A stretch of DNA of 64,000 bases from Candidatus Rokuibacteriota bacterium. GTDB taxonomy: Bacteria; Methylomirabilota; Methylomirabilia; Rokubacteriales; CSP1-6. A model generated the notes under the pieces. It searched no databases. It saw nothing but the letters and a program-made list of their open reading frames with translations, and was not told where the DNA came from. The stretch spans positions 40,878 through 104,877 of the forward strand of contig JAUSJX010000078.1 in assembly GCA_030647435.1 (NCBI GenBank), written 5' to 3'. Positions 62,831 through 64,000 of this stretch are shown here, in pieces. Position 1 is the stretch's first letter, and every line of letters begins with the position of its first letter. Made by a program: the position numbers and the translations under genes.

Positions 62831-63808
62831 TCACCGCTCAATAATCTTCTCCGCACGAGTGAACACCTCCCTCGGTAGCGTGATTCCTATCGCCTTCGCG
62901 GTCTGAATGTTAATTACTAAGTCAAACCTCGTCGGAATTTGAATCGGAATGTCGGCGGGCCTTTCACCGCGTAACGCTTTGTCCAGACTTTGCGCGCACT
63001 GTTTCCCAAGAACTCGCCACGAGGGACCATAGGCGGCCAGCATCCCCTTTTCCGAAAAAGATTCCTCATGAGCTATTGAGGGAAGTTTGACTTCGTTCAG
63101 ACGTGCGATCACCGCGTCGATGGCAGCGGTGACCTTTGCCTCACCAAGGTGGAAGAAGGCATCATATTCGCCTCGCCTGATGCTCTTCATTAGGGCCACT
63201 ACGTCATCCTTCGATCCAACGTGCTTTTCAATGAGCGCAATCCTAAGCGCGTTTGCAGCTTCCCGAAGAATCACGATCGCACCGTGTGAGAACCTATTTT
63301 TCGGATCGTATGGGACAAGTACCCGACGAACATCGGGCACCATCATTTTTAGAACCTCCAGCCGCTTCGGACCGGTCTGCCCGACGTAATTACTGCAGCC
63401 GGTAAGGTTGTTGCCCGATGAGCGCCAGCTTCGCACCAATCCAGTGCCCACCGGATCACTTACAATGTTGAAGATGATTGGAATGTTTTTTATGACCTGC
63501 GCCACGTGTGTTGTCACCGGCGTCGAAACGGCATAGACAACATCGACTTTCTTTCTCAAAAACTCCTCAGCGGCAGCTCTGGCTTTCTCATCGGAACCTG
63601 CGGCATCCACGACGGTATAAGCGATATTCTTGCCTTCTTCATATCCGAGCTCTTTCATACCTTCCTGCATGCCCAGAATGACTTCGACCTGCCCACCGCC
63701 AAAGGAGACAACACCCACGTGATAAGGTTCTTTGGACCACGACACGTCACGCCACCCGGCCATGGCCAGGAGTATCGACGCAATAATGAACCAGCGCTTC
63801 TTGAACAT
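62831..63808 (-). CDS. PF04392-type ABC transporter substrate-binding protein, full length, in a region of distinctly lower GC
   Basis: N-terminal anchor MFKKRWFIIASILLAMAGW, the central motif, and the C-terminal ...PADIPIQIPTRFDLVINIQTAKAIGITLP signature. Confidence 0.8.
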   Translation of the reverse strand: MFKKRWFIIASILLAMAGWRDVSWSKEPYHVGVVSFGGGQVEVILGMQEGMKELGYEEGKNIAYTVVDAAGSDEKARAAAEEFLRKKVDVVYAVSTPVTTHVAQVIKNIPIIFNIVSDPVGTGLVRSWRSSGNNLTGCSNYVGQTGPKRLEVLKMMVPDVRRVLVPYDPKNRFSHGAIVILREAANALRIALIEKHVGSKDDVVALMKSIRRGEYDAFFHLGEAKVTAAIDAVIARLNEVKLPSIAHEESFSEKGMLAAYGPSWRVLGKQCAQSLDKALRGERPADIPIQIPTRFDLVINIQTAKAIGITLPREVFTRAEKIIER

Positions 63809-64000
63809 GCTAGTGAACCTCCTCCGTGGCGCGTACGTAACATGACGCCTGTTCTCGGACCCGGCGGCCGTTGGTGCCCGTGCCACAGCGCGGACGAACC
63901 GTGGCATTTCGCGCCGACCCTGTCAGAGCGCGCGGGACAAGTCAAACCGGCGCCTCGAGGCGGCGAGCGGGCGCCGTCCACCGGGGCGCTCAGCACAGAC

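Overview
This 64-kb window is high-GC (about 68-70%) bacterial chromosomal DNA with dense coding on both strands. The F420-type luciferase-like monooxygenase, the two DUF222-HNH copies, the REP-like GGGAGAGGG repeats and the expansion/decay of PF04392-type solute-binding genes suggest a soil actinobacterium- or Rokubacteria-like lineage, but the taxon is not certain.

Core content:
- A 5-gene minus-strand cluster: glycosyltransferase, ThDP enzyme, FNR-like reductase, F420/LLM oxidoreductase, and a fused rhamnulose-1-P aldolase/SDR.
- A translationally coupled AurF-like diiron oxygenase, secreted FGE-family protein and acyl-CoA synthetase cassette.
- A CoxMSL-like molybdo-flavoprotein trio.
- Split Liv-type branched-chain amino-acid ABC genes.
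- A 2-oxoacid dehydrogenase operon (E1 alpha, membrane protein, E1 beta, E2, Lpd) plus a FadJ-like gene, acyl-CoA dehydrogenase and HIBADH.
- A sugar ABC system, a Fe3+ ABC system, a PrpD-family gene and an M23 peptidase.

Accessory and unusual content:
- Two BrnT/BrnA toxin-antitoxin modules. One lies in a low-GC island with a degenerate antitoxin and two unknown genes. The other is inserted antisense inside the dehydrogenase operon and its toxin is frameshifted.
- A nucleotidyltransferase-like gene plus a 57-aa partner, flanked by about 110-bp direct repeats cut from solute-binding-protein 3' ends.
- Serial pseudogene remnants of PF04392 solute-binding proteins.
- Two about 90%-identical DUF222-HNH endonuclease genes in inverted orientation, bracketing about 4.5 kb that carries a tungsten-type aldehyde:ferredoxin oxidoreductase, a signal-less class-A beta-lactamase-like hydrolase, a VOC protein and an Uma2 remnant.
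- A family of composite CCCTCTCCC/GGGAGAGGG palindromic repeats at three loci.

No rRNA, tRNA or CRISPR array was recognised by eye.
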